From the NCBI GenBank assembly GCA_037379345.1, contig CM074518.1, forward strand, positions 3,224,001 through 3,288,000: a stretch of 64,000 bases of DNA. Reading direction: 5' to 3'. Below, piece by piece: positions 50,237-63,711 of the stretch. The notes under the pieces are model-generated. The model did not search any database and was not told the origin of the DNA. It saw only the letters and a list, made by a program, of their open reading frames with translations. Numbering within the stretch: position 1 is the stretch's first letter; every line of letters begins with the position of its first letter. The translations under genes and the position numbers were made by a program. The DNA is from Perna viridis. Its lineage: Eukaryota.

Positions 50237-51733
50237 GTGATTTTTAATTGTTACAATCTTTCTTGAGTGTGATTTGATTCATTCTGGAGATAAATGTTTT
50301 GTCAGCTGTTTAAGGATTAAAAAAGAACGAAAAAAAACCTTGAAGTTTATGTATTATAAATTTGGTGGGGGCTAATTACTTATATCCCCATTACAACCAT
50401 TTGGATTCTTATTATATAAGTACATGTAAAGGACTTGGTATGACAAGTGCCATATTTTGGCTCCTATTTGAAGGAGAAAAAAGTTCGAAATAAATGAAAA
50501 GAATGTGATGCGAACTGTTAAATGGATGATTAAATATTTTTAATATGATTTTGAATGTTCCCCATTTAATTAATTTTCAGTTTTAAGGAATCCTTAAATC
50601 GGCTTAAACCAATAAAATTGGGAAAAATGCAAATTTTTAATGCTAATTTTTTGTTTTCCACATTCTCCACCAATGTGACTCTGGCATATCTTAACTGATT
50701 TGAGCTCCTAATCAGAAACCATGAACAATATTTTTGAATCAAGTTGGTGGAGGCACTCTGAAGTTGCAAAAATAATCTTAAAAAGTGCCCAATTTCAATA
50801 TATATTTGATCTAGAAAATTCACAGAGTTGCCAAATTTGGGACATCAAATTGAAAGATGATATGCTTAAAAATGTGATGGAACATGCTAAATTTTTCATT
50901 TAATATTCTAAGCAACAGAAAAAATCTTCATATCAAACTTCATGCCATTGGAAGTTATACTGCAATCAATCTATCAATCATTCAAATGTTTTACTAGTCA
51001 AGAAATAATGAAGCATTAATATTTTTTGTTATCTCCTTTAACCTTGTATAATCAGTAATACTACACTACACCTAGTATTGAGGAAGTATGGAGCTATTGT
51101 TACATTTACTGAATTGTCAGTCTGTAATATGCTGTTACATATTGCAATAGAATTAGATTGCACCTGAACACACCTCAATACAACATGTTGATATTTGTTA
51201 TTATCCAAAGTGAGTATATACTGTCAGCATAATACTTACACATCAACACTACAACATGTTGTCAAATGATTTGAGAAACAGCTTGATTGTAATCTATTAC
51301 CAATAAAATTCACATTCAGCTTTATTGGTATATCTTGACTGTAACTCCTCCAGAGATTTGTTTAATTTTAGCAGGCATGGGAATTGATTTACCAAATATG
51401 GAAGTTGATAAAACATATTAGATATTCAGATACTTTTGAAGTTATGTGAAAAGTATGAATTTGCATGTGTACAAACTTAACAAGCTGTTGGCAGGGAAAT
51501 TTTGGGATATAACTTTTGTACTTTACAGCTTCTTATTTCTTAACTTACATAATACAAAAATAAAGTATTTTGTACTGTTTTAACCAAAAATGATTATCTT
51601 ATTTGAGGGTACATGTAAATCAATTTATTTTAATTACACAACTAATTTTAAGTACATGTATAATGCAGATTAGTCTTCTTAATGAAACTTAATTGGATAT
51701 TCAAATTTACATCTATTTTAATTTTTTTTTCAG

Positions 51734-54700
51734 AAAAACAATATGAAAATTCAACCATTTCAAACTCGGCCACCAATGCCTCAGGGAATGATGGGAATGA
51801 GACCTGGAATGATGAAAAACTATCGACCAGGAATGCCACCAAACTTTCAACAGCACCCTTCTCGTGTTGCAGAATGGGTTCAGGAACAGGAGGCTCACAT
51901 GCAGGATCCTAACTTTCATATGGGTGGTGGTGGTGGTGGCATAAATCCCAGAATGCCAAGTAATAATATGAGAATGATGAATCCCTGGCCTTCAGGAGGC
52001 CCTGGTCCAAATCAACAAGGATTTCATGGAAATTCTAATTTTCCAATGTTTCCAGATGGATATGAACAAGAAATGATGTTTCATTCTCAGAATCCGAATT
52101 TATCACATCATAAAGTTCCTGATGAGAACCTTACACCTGAACAATTAAAAAAACGTGAGGAATCATTAACTAATTTACGTAAAATTCAACAAATGTTATT
52201 TCCTGAACAAAGAGGTGGTGGTCAGGGCTTTGGTCCCATGCCAGGTCAGGGCCCAGGTCCTGGTGGTCCAGGTGGGCCTATGATGCCAAATGAAATGATG
52301 ATGCAACAAAATATGATGCCACCAGAGGGCATGATGGGAAATCAACCAGGAATGATGGTTCCAGAAGGAATGATGCCATCATCACAGGGTCCCATGCCTG
52401 GTGGACCACCAAATATGATGATGTCACATATGAGAGGACCAGGACCTCAAGGAATGGGCCCTGGTCCACAAAATATGCAGAACATGACACCTGCTCAACG
52501 TGAATGGTTACGCTTACAACAGGAATATTACATGGATAAAAGGAGACATCAACAACAGCAGCTTGCTCAAAGAATGGGTCATCCAAATATGGAAATGGGA
52601 CCTGGTAGTGGCCAACCATGGCAACCAGGTCCTCAACCACCTCCTCCATCTTATTCTTCTACAATATCTCAAAAACGTCATGGTAGTGTTGGGAGCTTAT
52701 CTACCTCGCCAAATAACAATGGGCCGATAGGGTCACCAATACCTGGCTTTGATCCAACAGATCCTTTAGGAGGAGTTTTTCCACCAAGACAACAAAAATC
52801 TCCTTTTGGAATGAATCACCCAGATTTTGGTGGAATGAATATGGGTGGACCCCATGGGGGTCCACCAGGAAATTTTGAACAGTCTTTTGGTCCACATGGA
52901 GGTCCTATGCATCCTGGCATGGGTCCTATGGTAAACAGAAAGAATTCTCAGGTGACAATACAAAGGGCAGGTAACCCTGAACAATTTATACCTGAACTAG
53001 CAATTAGTACTTCACCATTATCAGGATCTTCAAACAAACCACCACCCAGCTATGCACAATCACAAAAGCGAAAACGTGTTGATTTGGAAGAGGAATTGTA
53101 TAAAAATCTACAACCAACTCCTTCGCCTCAACAAATAAATTATAACTTGAATCAGTTTGAAGGACAGGAATTGACTATTACTAAGCAGTTGAATGCAGCA
53201 TATCGTGAGCCAATCCCTCCTAATGACCAGTCCCAAAACCATTCATCACAAAATCAGATCCCACATTCTCCAATGCATGGACCAGGGTCAAATCGTGGGC
53301 CCATGTCAAATTCAAGTCAAACATCAAGTGGTGGACCTTTGTCAAGTCCTGGTCCAATGCCAGGACAAAACCCTTCATTTGGTGCTTCTATGAGACTATC
53401 ACACTATGATCCATCACCAAATCCTAACATGCAACCATCGAACAATTGTCCACCTCCTCATATGGCAGGGAGTGGTGGACCCCACACTCCTTCATCAAAA
53501 TCTTCATCCATGTCAAATATCACTTCGGCAAGTTTAGCAAATTTAGCCAAAGGTGTAGAACATTTGTCCAATCAAATGCAACAAAATATGATGCAAGGGG
53601 GACCGTTTCATAGTATACAAATGCAAGGACAGGGACAGCAAGGTCCTAATACAAACAATTCACAAACTAGTGCTGCAGTGTCAAATAATGTAGAATCAAG
53701 TACTCAAAATCAGAACACTCCAAGTGTCAATAATACATATGTGAATGCAACCATGTCAATTCAACAACTAAACATTCAAAGTGTAAATAATCCACATGGT
53801 CCTGGATATAATCCATCTATGTCTGTTCAACAAATGAACATGGAACAACAACAAATGAATGCTATGAACAATAGTGGTGGTCCTGGCCCTCAGGGTATGC
53901 CCAGCTCACAGGGGGCACAAGGAATGCCAGGACCACAAAGTATGCCTGCATCAACAGTCTCGTCGTCTTCAGGGGTAATGTCGCAACCAGCGCCCACAGG
54001 AATGGGTCACTCAGGAATGAGAAATACTTCAGCTCAGATGGGCTCTAGTGCTCCACCTCAACAAAACATGATACCTGGACAGTCTGGGAGAATGAGTCCT
54101 AACTTTTCTGCAAGCTCAATGGGTAATGCTAATGTCCAGATTCAGGCTAAAGCACCTAACACTATTCAGTATTTACCAGCTCATCCACCAGCAAATCCAC
54201 AAGGACAACAACCTACTAATAAACGGCCTGATATGGACTTCATGCAACGATTTGCTCCTCCTATGGGAAATATAGAAAACAAAGTGCCAACATCAAAAAT
54301 GCAGTATTTCCCTCCAGGTAGCCAGCCTGGCCCTGGAATGGAAAGTTTTGGTCCCGGAATGCCACCAGGAGGACCTGGTGGTCGGTGCTCACCATTCTCA
54401 GGTCCTGGTGGACCAATGAACCCTAATATGGGCCCACATCCAATGCAGCGTGGAGGTAATGGTGGCATGCCACCAGATATGCATCCTAGTATGGCAGGTG
54501 GTAGCTCAATGAACATGATGAATCCAGACATGCATAATCAGGAGGCAATTATGATGTCCAATCAGATGGCATCGATGCAAAGTAATATGCCTCCAGGACC
54601 TGGTGGTATGATGCCAGAACAAATGATGGGACGCAACTTTGGACAAATGAGTGCACAAGGGGCAATGATGAGTTCACACAGTGGTAATATGATGAGAATG

Positions 54701-55141
54701 GAGGGCATGTCTAGTATGGCCATGTCACATCCAAATTCTCCACCATTCCCTGGTAGTAGGGAGAATATGATGGGTATGATGCAGGCAGGTGGTCCAATGC
54801 CTGGTCGTAATTTTGGACCTGCAGGCATGGATGGTATGCCAGGTCAAGGACATGGCCCTCCTATGGGCAATCCTATGGGAAATTATGGACCCTCAATGTC
54901 TAGGCAGGGCATGAGAATGCCAGGGCCTGGGAATCCAAATATGCCAAACATGTTACAAAATGGTCCAGGTCCAGGACCAGGGCCTGGACCTAATCAAGGA
55001 TATAATTCCCAGTATGAACAGTTTCAACAACAGTTGTATTCTCAAGGACGATCACGGCAAATGTCTCCCATGGGAGGGGGTATGATGCCTGGTCCAGGAG
55101 GCCAACCACAGTATATGAACATGATGCCAAATATGCCGTGA
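51734..55141 (+). CDS. BCL9: BCL9 last coding exon, containing HD2 (beta-catenin-binding; 52115-52207), HD3 (52484-52546) and a P/G/M/Q-rich low-complexity region
   Basis: ENLTPEQLKKREESLTNLRKIQQMLFPE matches HD2 (human LSQEQLEHRERSLQTLRDIQRMLFP). TPAQREWLRLQQEYYMDKRR matches HD3. The T-tract CAG acceptor at 51733 is in frame. Spliced CDS 3960 nt, 1319 aa. Confidence 0.95.
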   Translation, partial: KNNMKIQPFQTRPPMPQGMMGMRPGMMKNYRPGMPPNFQQHPSRVAEWVQEQEAHMQDPNFHMGGGGGGINPRMPSNNMRMMNPWPSGGPGPNQQGFHGNSNFPMFPDGYEQEMMFHSQNPNLSHHKVPDENLTPEQLKKREESLTNLRKIQQMLFPEQRGGGQGFGPMPGQGPGPGGPGGPMMPNEMMMQQNMMPPEGMMGNQPGMMVPEGMMPSSQGPMPGGPPNMMMSHMRGPGPQGMGPGPQNMQNMTPAQREWLRLQQEYYMDKRRHQQQQLAQRMGHPNMEMGPGSGQPWQPGPQPPPPSYSSTISQKRHGSVGSLSTSPNNNGPIGSPIPGFDPTDPLGGVFPPRQQKSPFGMNHPDFGGMNMGGPHGGPPGNFEQSFGPHGGPMHPGMGPMVNRKNSQVTIQRAGNPEQFIPELAISTSPLSGSSNKPPPSYAQSQKRKRVDLEEELYKNLQPTPSPQQINYNLNQFEGQELTITKQLNAAYREPIPPNDQSQNHSSQNQIPHSPMHGPGSNRGPMSNSSQTSSGGPLSSPGPMPGQNPSFGASMRLSHYDPSPNPNMQPSNNCPPPHMAGSGGPHTPSSKSSSMSNITSASLANLAKGVEHLSNQMQQNMMQGGPFHSIQMQGQGQQGPNTNNSQTSAAVSNNVESSTQNQNTPSVNNTYVNATMSIQQLNIQSVNNPHGPGYNPSMSVQQMNMEQQQMNAMNNSGGPGPQGMPSSQGAQGMPGPQSMPASTVSSSSGVMSQPAPTGMGHSGMRNTSAQMGSSAPPQQNMIPGQSGRMSPNFSASSMGNANVQIQAKAPNTIQYLPAHPPANPQGQQPTNKRPDMDFMQRFAPPMGNIENKVPTSKMQYFPPGSQPGPGMESFGPGMPPGGPGGRCSPFSGPGGPMNPNMGPHPMQRGGNGGMPPDMHPSMAGGSSMNMMNPDMHNQEAIMMSNQMASMQSNMPPGPGGMMPEQMMGRNFGQMSAQGAMMSSHSGNMMRMEGMSSMAMSHPNSPPFPGSRENMMGMMQAGGPMPGRNFGPAGMDGMPGQGHGPPMGNPMGNYGPSMSRQGMRMPGPGNPNMPNMLQNGPGPGPGPGPNQGYNSQYEQFQQQLYSQGRSRQMSPMGGGMMPGPGGQPQYMNMMPNMP

Positions 55142-56299
55142 TGGTACAATTTTTTAAGGTCATGATTTTTTTTATTTGTCAAGTTCAGTTCGTAACAAAT
55201 AATTTTTAAGGTATTTTAGCGATCTACATTTTTGCTTTAGGTTGTGTAAAAAGATAAAACCAAACTGCCAGAGTTGCTTCTTTAGGAATAATTCCTTGCC
55301 AATATTATCTTTAATTATTTGTTTTATTATTTTCTTTTTTTTTGATTTTTGTAAATTCCATTGAGACTCAAAAGATAATTTGTTAGACACACACTATGAA
55401 CTTTTTTCTTTTTTTAATTGACTTACCAAAATTAGTTTCTACTTGTATTTTATGAGAATAGTATTACCAACATTATGTACACTGTAGTTAATTATTACCA
55501 AAATTGATTGTTACTTTCTATGGCAGCTGTCTTTTGATTGTAAAACCGTTTGAATGGCGTATACAAAACCTATACCGGTAGTGAACAAATATGTGTTGAA
55601 GTACATACAAATGTTTTTCTTTGTTTCACATATGAAGTACCAGTATGATGACCTATAATGGCTTTATTTTGTTGCCAGTATTTTATACACTAGATAATCA
55701 AAAACCTGTAAACTCTTGATTAACTTGTGATTTAAAAGAATGATGTTAAAAAGAATTGGTACTTTTTTTTTTAAATCTTATTCACTGATTTTCATTCACA
55801 TGCTATTGTGTGCATAATAATGTAATCATATCATGAGCAAAATGTTATACATATTTTCATACTAAACAAAAACCATGTAAGTAATTTGTTTCGCCTTGAT
55901 CGAAATGTTCCATTTTTTCAGTCTTCTTAAAATTATCATTGCCTTGTTAAAAAAAAATGAAATTCAAATGAAATTTCAGCTTACCATACTAACTTGTTAG
56001 CATGAATCTGTGACAGTACATTTATAATAAAATATTCTTATACGTGGCAAACTTATCATAGACTATTGGTCTAATGGCTGTACCAATTTAATTTAAGAAG
56101 TCTTTCTTTTGTTTATTAACTTATCTGTCTGTACTTAGTAGTTATAGGGAAAGAAAGATAACCTAATACTGGTAATGGTTCTAAATCTTATTTTTGCAAT
56201 TTGCCATTTTCATTTTAGACTAATTCCAGATTCACATTGTCCAATTTTACTACAACTATATATATTTTGACCTGTGGTAGTGTTTTTTTTCACCGAGGA

Positions 56300-57250
56300 G
56301 ACCAGAACATTTCTTTTTATTAGTGGTATGATGCTGTCATCATCTGTGTCTTGTCCACTTTGTTTTTTGTGTGGTAGCATGACTATTAGTCGATCTTTAT
56401 AATATTTTATAACAAGGTTCCAAACCACAAAAGGTTGGTATTGATTTTTGAGGTTATTGCCAAACTGTTTTGGAATTGAAACCAAAGAGGAGCCCAAAAC
56501 AAGTTTTTCATAGAATTGAATTATATAACTTCGGTAAAAGGGTATTGATATATATGATATTGCTCCACAATGTTCTATACCACAATGGTCAGGCTGGAAT
56601 TTTTTTTTAGGTTAAGATTTGAACTGTTTTAGAATGAGGGGCCATTATTTTCCAGATGTCCAGATTTGAACTGTTTTGGAATGAGGGACCATCATTTTCC
56701 AGATGTCCAGACATGTAATTGGATTGTTTTAAAATTGTATCACAAGGTTCCATACCACCAAAGGAAGACTTAAGTTAATTTTGAGGCTATGAATTGAACC
56801 AATTGGGAATTAGAGGGTCAAAAATGGGTTAGAAACAAGTGTTTTCCTGATGTCCAGACAACAACTTCAGTAAAAATGAATGTATCTCTTTTAAATTGCA
56901 CTGCAAGGTCCCATACTTCAAAAAAGAGATTTGGTTTATTTTTAGGATTGTGACTTGAGCCAATTAAAATCTAGGATCACAAAGGGGCCAGAAACAAGAA
57001 TTTTCTGATTTTTGGGTGAGTAATAGGGAATGGATCTCTGAAATTCTACCACCAAGTAACATACCTGGAAAGGTTGAGATTGCTTTTGGAGGTTGTGACT
57101 GTAACCATATAAGCATTCTGGGCACAATAGAGTCAAATTGATGTCTAATAAAAAAATCGAAGCTGTATCAAGTTTGAATGGTGTGTCCATATTTGCCCCA
57201 ACCCTTGCAGTGGTTTCAAGCTGTGCTCCACAAAGCATTTTATTTATAGC
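56300..57250 (+). mobile_element. Degenerate Helentron-type element with internal satellite units
   Basis: Repeated CACAAGGTTCCATACCAC and CCAGA..AACTT units. Terminal motif shared with ~20250. Confidence 0.55.
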
Positions 57251-60200
57251 TGTGCAAGATTTTATGATCACATGAGACTGAGCACATAATTTTTCTTGTA
57301 AAAATATGACACCATGAAATCAAGTCCAAGAGCAATCATATCTTACCCATGATTGTCTGAAATATCAATAATTTGCATGAAGATATCTTGTTCAGTTTGT
57401 TTACCCAGTAACAGTTTTGAAGCGACATATATTTTACACCTGGTTGTCATGTATCACTGGTAACATTCCTGCATCATGACCAGCTGTTAAATGTAGGTCT
57501 TAATTCAAAACTGATTTTGAATACCAATTTGAAAGAGGAAAAGAATGAAACAAAAGCTATCCACATGCAAGATTTGGAAATCTCAAGCACCTTTGGGTAA
57601 GATATGTTTCTCTGCTGATCCTCATTAGAGAAAGGTAAATCTTACCTTTAGGTGACTAAGATTCCCTACCTTTCACTTGCACGTGTTAAATTCTGAACAT
57701 TTATCTAATTATACCACCTGTTATACTTACAAAATTAATTTCCTTTTATATTGACTAAGTAGCTTTTCTTGTTAAGCTTACAATTTTTCCCCCATTAAAC
57801 TTACTGGAAGGTACATGTATTGTTGTTTTTTTTTTTTTACATTATTTGACTTATTTATTTACTTCTTGAATGTTTTTATTATGAAAAAAAAAACCTGTAA
57901 AATTCTGGTATAAGTGTGTTTTTGTTTAAAAATGCTGCTTTATTCAGGTTTTGCTCAGGAAAGGTATTTTTTGTTGAGAGAAATATGTAGACTCATATGG
58001 ACATAAATCTAAATTCTTAACTACATTTGTATTAATATCTTTAACTAAAACAAGGAAAAAATTGTTATATTAAGCATTATATTTTCTTCTGTATTATTCA
58101 CCTGGTTAGCTGCAGGGAAATTCATTCTGATACAATATGTGTGGTAGCAGGTGGTTTATGTACATATAAACTTATTGGATTATCTACTTAACATAATATA
58201 CAGAAAACCACAATACATGTAATGTAACCCAACCAAACAATGGTTCTAAGGTTGGTAAATGCTTTAAATGTTTTTTTTCAGTTTCATTTTCCAAGTGCCT
58301 ACTGGTAGGCATATGACATTATTCTCAGAATGACTAATTTCAAGATAGAATCTTGAAATATTTTTGTTTTTCTTGTAAAAAATGTTATTAACATGAGTTT
58401 TGTACATAAGAATGAAATATATATTATACTTAACATAACTTTTTTGTAAAAATCATTTTTCTACTTGATTTGTTTATCATTATATAGAGGTTGTACAGTT
58501 AGTTTGTAACTTATGGCCATCACTTTTTACATGGATTAGAATTTGTACATAGTATTATTGTATATTATCCCTTGGTTCATTAGTTTATTAGGTTGTAGAA
58601 TGTAGTATCTGAAGAACGAAAAAACAACAAAATCTGTTCGTTTTAAACTTACAAGAAAATATATAAATTTCTCTATTTTTGATATATTTTATATATATGT
58701 GACTGCTGATGGGATTTTGAACAGAAACACACTCTCAGATTATGTTCATCTTACTTTTGTTACATCTTTTCTTGCTTTTTAAGGTAGTTGACCTGGGGTA
58801 AGGTAGGTAATCCAACCTTTTCAGTCACTGGAACATTTATAAGACTCCTATTGAAGTTCAGATAAAATTTATCTCTCTGAAAATTTGGAAGTGTAATAGC
58901 TACTGTTAATTTGATATTTTGATTTGATTTTTTTGCACAAAGGAAGAATATTTGTGTATATTTTATTCAATGAACATACTGAGAGAGTATTTCTTCAACT
59001 TACTACTTTCTACAAGTTCCATAGAGATAGATCAAAGACTTAACTGTCAGCAGAACAAACCATGGAGATGTATGTTTAATAAATTACATGAAACCCTTAG
59101 GATTTTATTTTCATTATTAGGTTTGTGTTCTTAAGTATACCTGAACCAGAGTGAGGTCCGTTAGTGTCATATATATACATATTTAACGGCGGTCAATACA
59201 AAAAGTGTCACAGCAAGCCTGACTGGGCTGTTCAGACATTCAAAACTTATGTTTTTCTGTGTTTATCAGGTCAGTTTGCCGATCCAAGCATCATCAGCAA
59301 GTACATATCAAAGAAATTCACTAAAAATTACTTATAAACAATTAATAAAAATAACATGAGTGCGAACATCGGTACATAGTATGCAGGGCTGCCAAACTTT
59401 CAAGACCCAAATGCATGAGGTTTTGCAAAACTTTGAAAGACAATAGATCAAAGGAAAATATGGCCAAGTCGGCTTCAAAATGTGAGTCCTGCACAAAATA
59501 TATGAGACTTGTCAGGTGTGGAGTATGACTTGTTAAAAGGTAAGTTTTTATCTGCCCTAAAGGGTAGAGAAATGTATACTATGATACTTTATATATGAAC
59601 CTGCAATTAAAGAAAAGTGGACAAGATTATATGGGTCAAAATTTAGTAGGAATGCATTTGTTACAATATACAGACTGCCCTCATCCTGTAGCAATCACAA
59701 CAGAACAGTTCATATCGGTGAAAAATCAGTAATTTCAGTTGGATAAAGCCTTTTCATGTGGTATTAATTTAACTGTGGTAAAAAGTTTTACCAGTCAATG
59801 CTACAACGTGATAATGCCATTAGTGTATTAGAAAAGTTGAGACAATTATGGACACAACATTCAAACATTATGCAGATCTTAATTTGGATTGTGATAAAAT
59901 GTTGTACAGTTATAGATTAGTGGCCAAAGGATTTTAAATTTACAATTGAATAACCCTGTAGTGCAATTTCATGAAGAGATCATTTCACTTTAATTGAGGT
60001 TTTTGCCAAGAAACTAGAAAAATGTTTCTGGCATTTTTTTGTCCCTACTGAATTCCAAGTTCATGTGACAATCCCGATATATGGAAACTTAAGTTTTTCT
60101 TCTGAAATATGACACTTTGTGGTACAATTTTGACTAAGTCCAAACTTAAATTTACTAGTTACTTTCCTGACATAAGAAATTATTCCAAAACAAATCTAAA

Positions 60201-61443
60201 CCCAAAAAATTAATTGAGGTATAGCACATTGTGTTGCAGTTTCAAAGAGATACCTTACCTTTTACTGTAAAAAAGGCCTAGGAAATTCATTTTTCTGGGC
60301 CTTTTTTTACCCAGAATTCTTAAATGGTTCAAGTCACAAGGTCCAAAATTGACCAGTCCTGTCTTTAGTGGTGTTTCTGGTACAATTGAATAGGAATTCA
60401 TACACAACTTAAGGTCTGAACATCAAATATCTATGTATGATGACAGACTGTTACACCATACCACCATTCTGTTATATTAAATGGGTGAGAAAGATGCATT
60501 TCCATTTATTGAAACTACTCAGCCTTATTCTGGTTAGTGTTAGGGGAAATGGCCATGTAGTTCTGATTGGCATTTTCATTTGTCTGGACATTAAAAAGAG
60601 TTGAAGTGTATTGGTATCTATCAAAGTTTACCACAAAGTGCCATGCCACAGCATATAAAATGTTTAGCAGGGTGCAGCTTGATACCACCATACAGTTCGA
60701 ATCCTGAACAGTTGGGCAGGTATAGACACACAATATAAATTCGACCACAATCTATGTGGCTTCTAATTCCTAAAAGTCATAACCTTCAAAACCAATTACA
60801 CCCTTCCTTTGGGGTGTTGTATCTTGTACAATTACAGCCTTCCTTTGGGGTGTTGTATCTTATACAATTACACTTACTCAAATGTTTAGCCAGAGTCTCT
60901 CACCTTTTCAGTATTGAAAGTATTGCCATATTCAACTCTTTATATTATTTTGTATTTATAACCATAATATCAGTGAAATATATACAAATTCACCAACTTT
61001 GGTTGTCTGGATAACAGGGAAATACTGGAAAAATCGTCAAAGGAGCATTTGCAGGGGATACCACTCAATGAAAAATAAACAGATTTTTCTTAAATTTGCA
61101 CCCAAGATAGATTTTATCATATCATAAATTAACATTAATCATCAATCTGCATTGTATTCTACAAAACAGGCAAAAACTAGAAAAATTGTCATTAATGACA
61201 CTTACATGGGTCATTCAGCAGATTTTTCTAAAATTTGTCACGTTAGCTGATATACTTTTCAAGAAAATTACAAAAAATATCTGCCTCAAATCTGTAAAAA
61301 TTGCATAAAGAGGCCAATAACTCATAAATCGGTCATTCAATCAACTTGAAATTTGCATATTAGTAAGATCTAATCAAGGCAAAGAGCTTAAGATGTATCA
61401 GATTTTTTCTATAGTTATGGATTCAAAGAAGAAAGTCAAAATA

Positions 61444-61718
61444 TACACAGCCAAATGTGCCACATATGATAATCATATGGTGCTCGATTCATATGATAAT
61501 CATATGGTAATCATATGACAATCATGATATTGAACATATGGTAATTTTGGCTTAAAAACATGATAATCATATGTGTGTGAAAAACATATGATTATCATAT
61601 GACAATCATGCGATAATATGTATACTGAAACATATGATTATCATATGGTGCTCAATTTATATGATAATTGTATAGTGCAAACCATATGATTCTCATATGT
61701 GGCACATTTGCCTGTGTA
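61444..61718. mobile_element. MITE with ~37-bp TIRs, TA-flanked CAC...GTG ends, filled with CATATGATAATCATATG palindromes
   Basis: TACACAGCCAAATGTGCCACATATGATAATCATATGG and CCATATGATTCTCATATGTGGCACATTTGCCTGTGTA. Confidence 0.8.
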
Positions 61719-62734
61719 GGGTAAGACCCCTATGTTCTACCTTTAGACAAGGCAGCTATGTTTTTTGATTGGCCCATCTGTTGAGCTCATTTTGAAAGTT
61801 GATATTCTGAAGATGATGTTGGTCCAATTTGGTTTCAATTGCTTCAGTTGTTTTAGTGGAGAAGGTCTTTGAAAAAGTTGACAACAATGGATGAATTGAT
61901 GTCAATAGTCCATATGGCCTTTTAACAACTTTTTTCCCTTTCTGGTGCCAGTATCGTATTGCAGATCCCTGAGCAGGTGTACGTCAAAACATGGATGCTA
62001 TAAAAATATAGTGCATTTTCTTTTTGCCTCTCTACAAACTACTGTTTTGTCAAAAGATATGAACAATGGCTTATAAAATAGAGCAAACATCACACTGTAA
62101 GATGAAGAAATCTAACATAATAATATAAAAATGTTCCACTGGAAAGGTTGGTTTGGTGAGTGCAAAACGAAAGTGAAAGTAGGAAAAATGGCTATTTATA
62201 GTTCAAGACTGCTATTCTGTCTGATCTTCGTGGACTCACCCTATTTTCTTTGCAGGAAATTATTTTTTCACATGTCCTTAGAAATGCTACATAAGTGAAA
62301 GTTTTATTGAATCAATTTACATATAATTTAAAAAATCCTAAAACTATGCACTTCACTATAGAAGTCTATGGGAAAATTAATACGATACTGAGACCTTCTA
62401 CGACATTAACTCTAATAAGTTGTCCTAAATAACCCAATGGAGACTTTTGTAGGCTTTATTATAAGGATCATTTCATCAATCGAAAGTTTTTTTTCTATCT
62501 AATATAGTTTTTACAATATTGGCTGAAAACTGCAAGAAAAAAATGCATTTTTTTTCTTTTTTTGCCTTTCAAGGCCAATAACTCTAACAAAGCCTTGCCC
62601 AACAACTTTGACCAAATACAGACATTTGTAGAGATCTTCAAGCTGAAGAAGGAGAGTCACATTTTATTTCAAATATCTCTTATAGTTTTTTAGATAATCG
62701 TATAAATTGGTGACTTGACCCCTGTGGTCTAAAA

Positions 62735-62916
62735 ATAACAATGGCGGCCATGTTTTAAGCTTGTCCTATATATATAATCAATATAAGTAGATACCCTTAG
62801 GATGCTGGTGACCAAATTTGGTAATAATGTTTCTTAATGAAAAATTATTGACAATGAGGAAGCCACCAACCCCACCACTGACAAGTGATGACTTTCAGGC
62901 CAGGTGAGCTAAAAAA
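62735..62916 (-). mobile_element. 5' end of a Helentron-type non-autonomous element
   Basis: Reverse complement begins TTTTTAGCTCACCTGGCCTG and includes an AACATGGCCGCCAT motif, both typical of these bivalve elements (from recollection). Confidence 0.5.
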
Positions 62917-63571
62917 TATTTGTTTCTGTCCCCTTATTCCTTAGCAATTCAAGTCATTACCCCCAAAATCGATCCAAGTCTTCTTTTGGCACCTTGTATA
63001 ATTTCAAAAAGATCATTTCATTGGTAGTTAAGTAATTGTAGACATCATGAAACTACTTCTTCCTGGCCTCCTCATTCCGAAATGTTTCAAGTCACAACCT
63101 CCAGTATCAGTACCAGGCTTCCTTTTGTGATATGACACCTTATGACATAATTTAATTTATACACAAGTTATTGTCCATTTGTCCATACACAAAACTCTAG
63201 GGTCAATGATGACAGTGTGATACCATAATACGACAGAATTTTAAAAAGAGGAGACAATATTCATACTCATCATGTCAAGGCTGCACACTAAAAATAAAAT
63301 CATATTGCTTGAAAACTGCTCATATAGGTTACATTAAAATAATTATGGTGTTTCTATGTGAACAGAACAGATCAAAGTATACATCTTATGAAATAAATAC
63401 AAAATCTGTTTGTTTGATTGCTTTATTACTAAGCATCACAGAATTTTTGGTTTTTGTGTTTGATGATAAAGCAAATACATGCACATACAAACTATGTATA
63501 AACTGACTAAAGCCAATTTATAGAGAATATAATATTCTTATAACCAATCATTACATACTTCCTGGCTATAT

Positions 63572-63711
63572 TCACTCAGGCAAATATTGTTTACGTGTAA
63601 TCTTGTGAAAATCACTTAATGTGAATTTCATGAAAAGTTTGTCACACATTTTATTAGCTTAATTCAGGCAAATGTCATGTGAAAATCAAAGGAAGTAATT
63701 TTGCCTATGTA
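63572..63711. mobile_element. Degenerate MITE with CAGGCAAA-type termini
   Basis: CACTCAGGCAAAT and ATTTTGCCTATGTA. Termini resemble 61444-61718. Confidence 0.4.

Noticed and set aside
52278-54828. Antisense and alternative-frame ORFs overlapping the big BCL9 exon
   Set aside because: These are expected shadows of a Pro/Gly/Met-rich coding sequence, with no independent signals.
51743-55141. The 1132-aa ORF as a complete single-exon gene
   Set aside because: It lacks HD1, which lies in the upstream exon at 49902-50236, and an in-frame acceptor lies 9 nt before its ATG.
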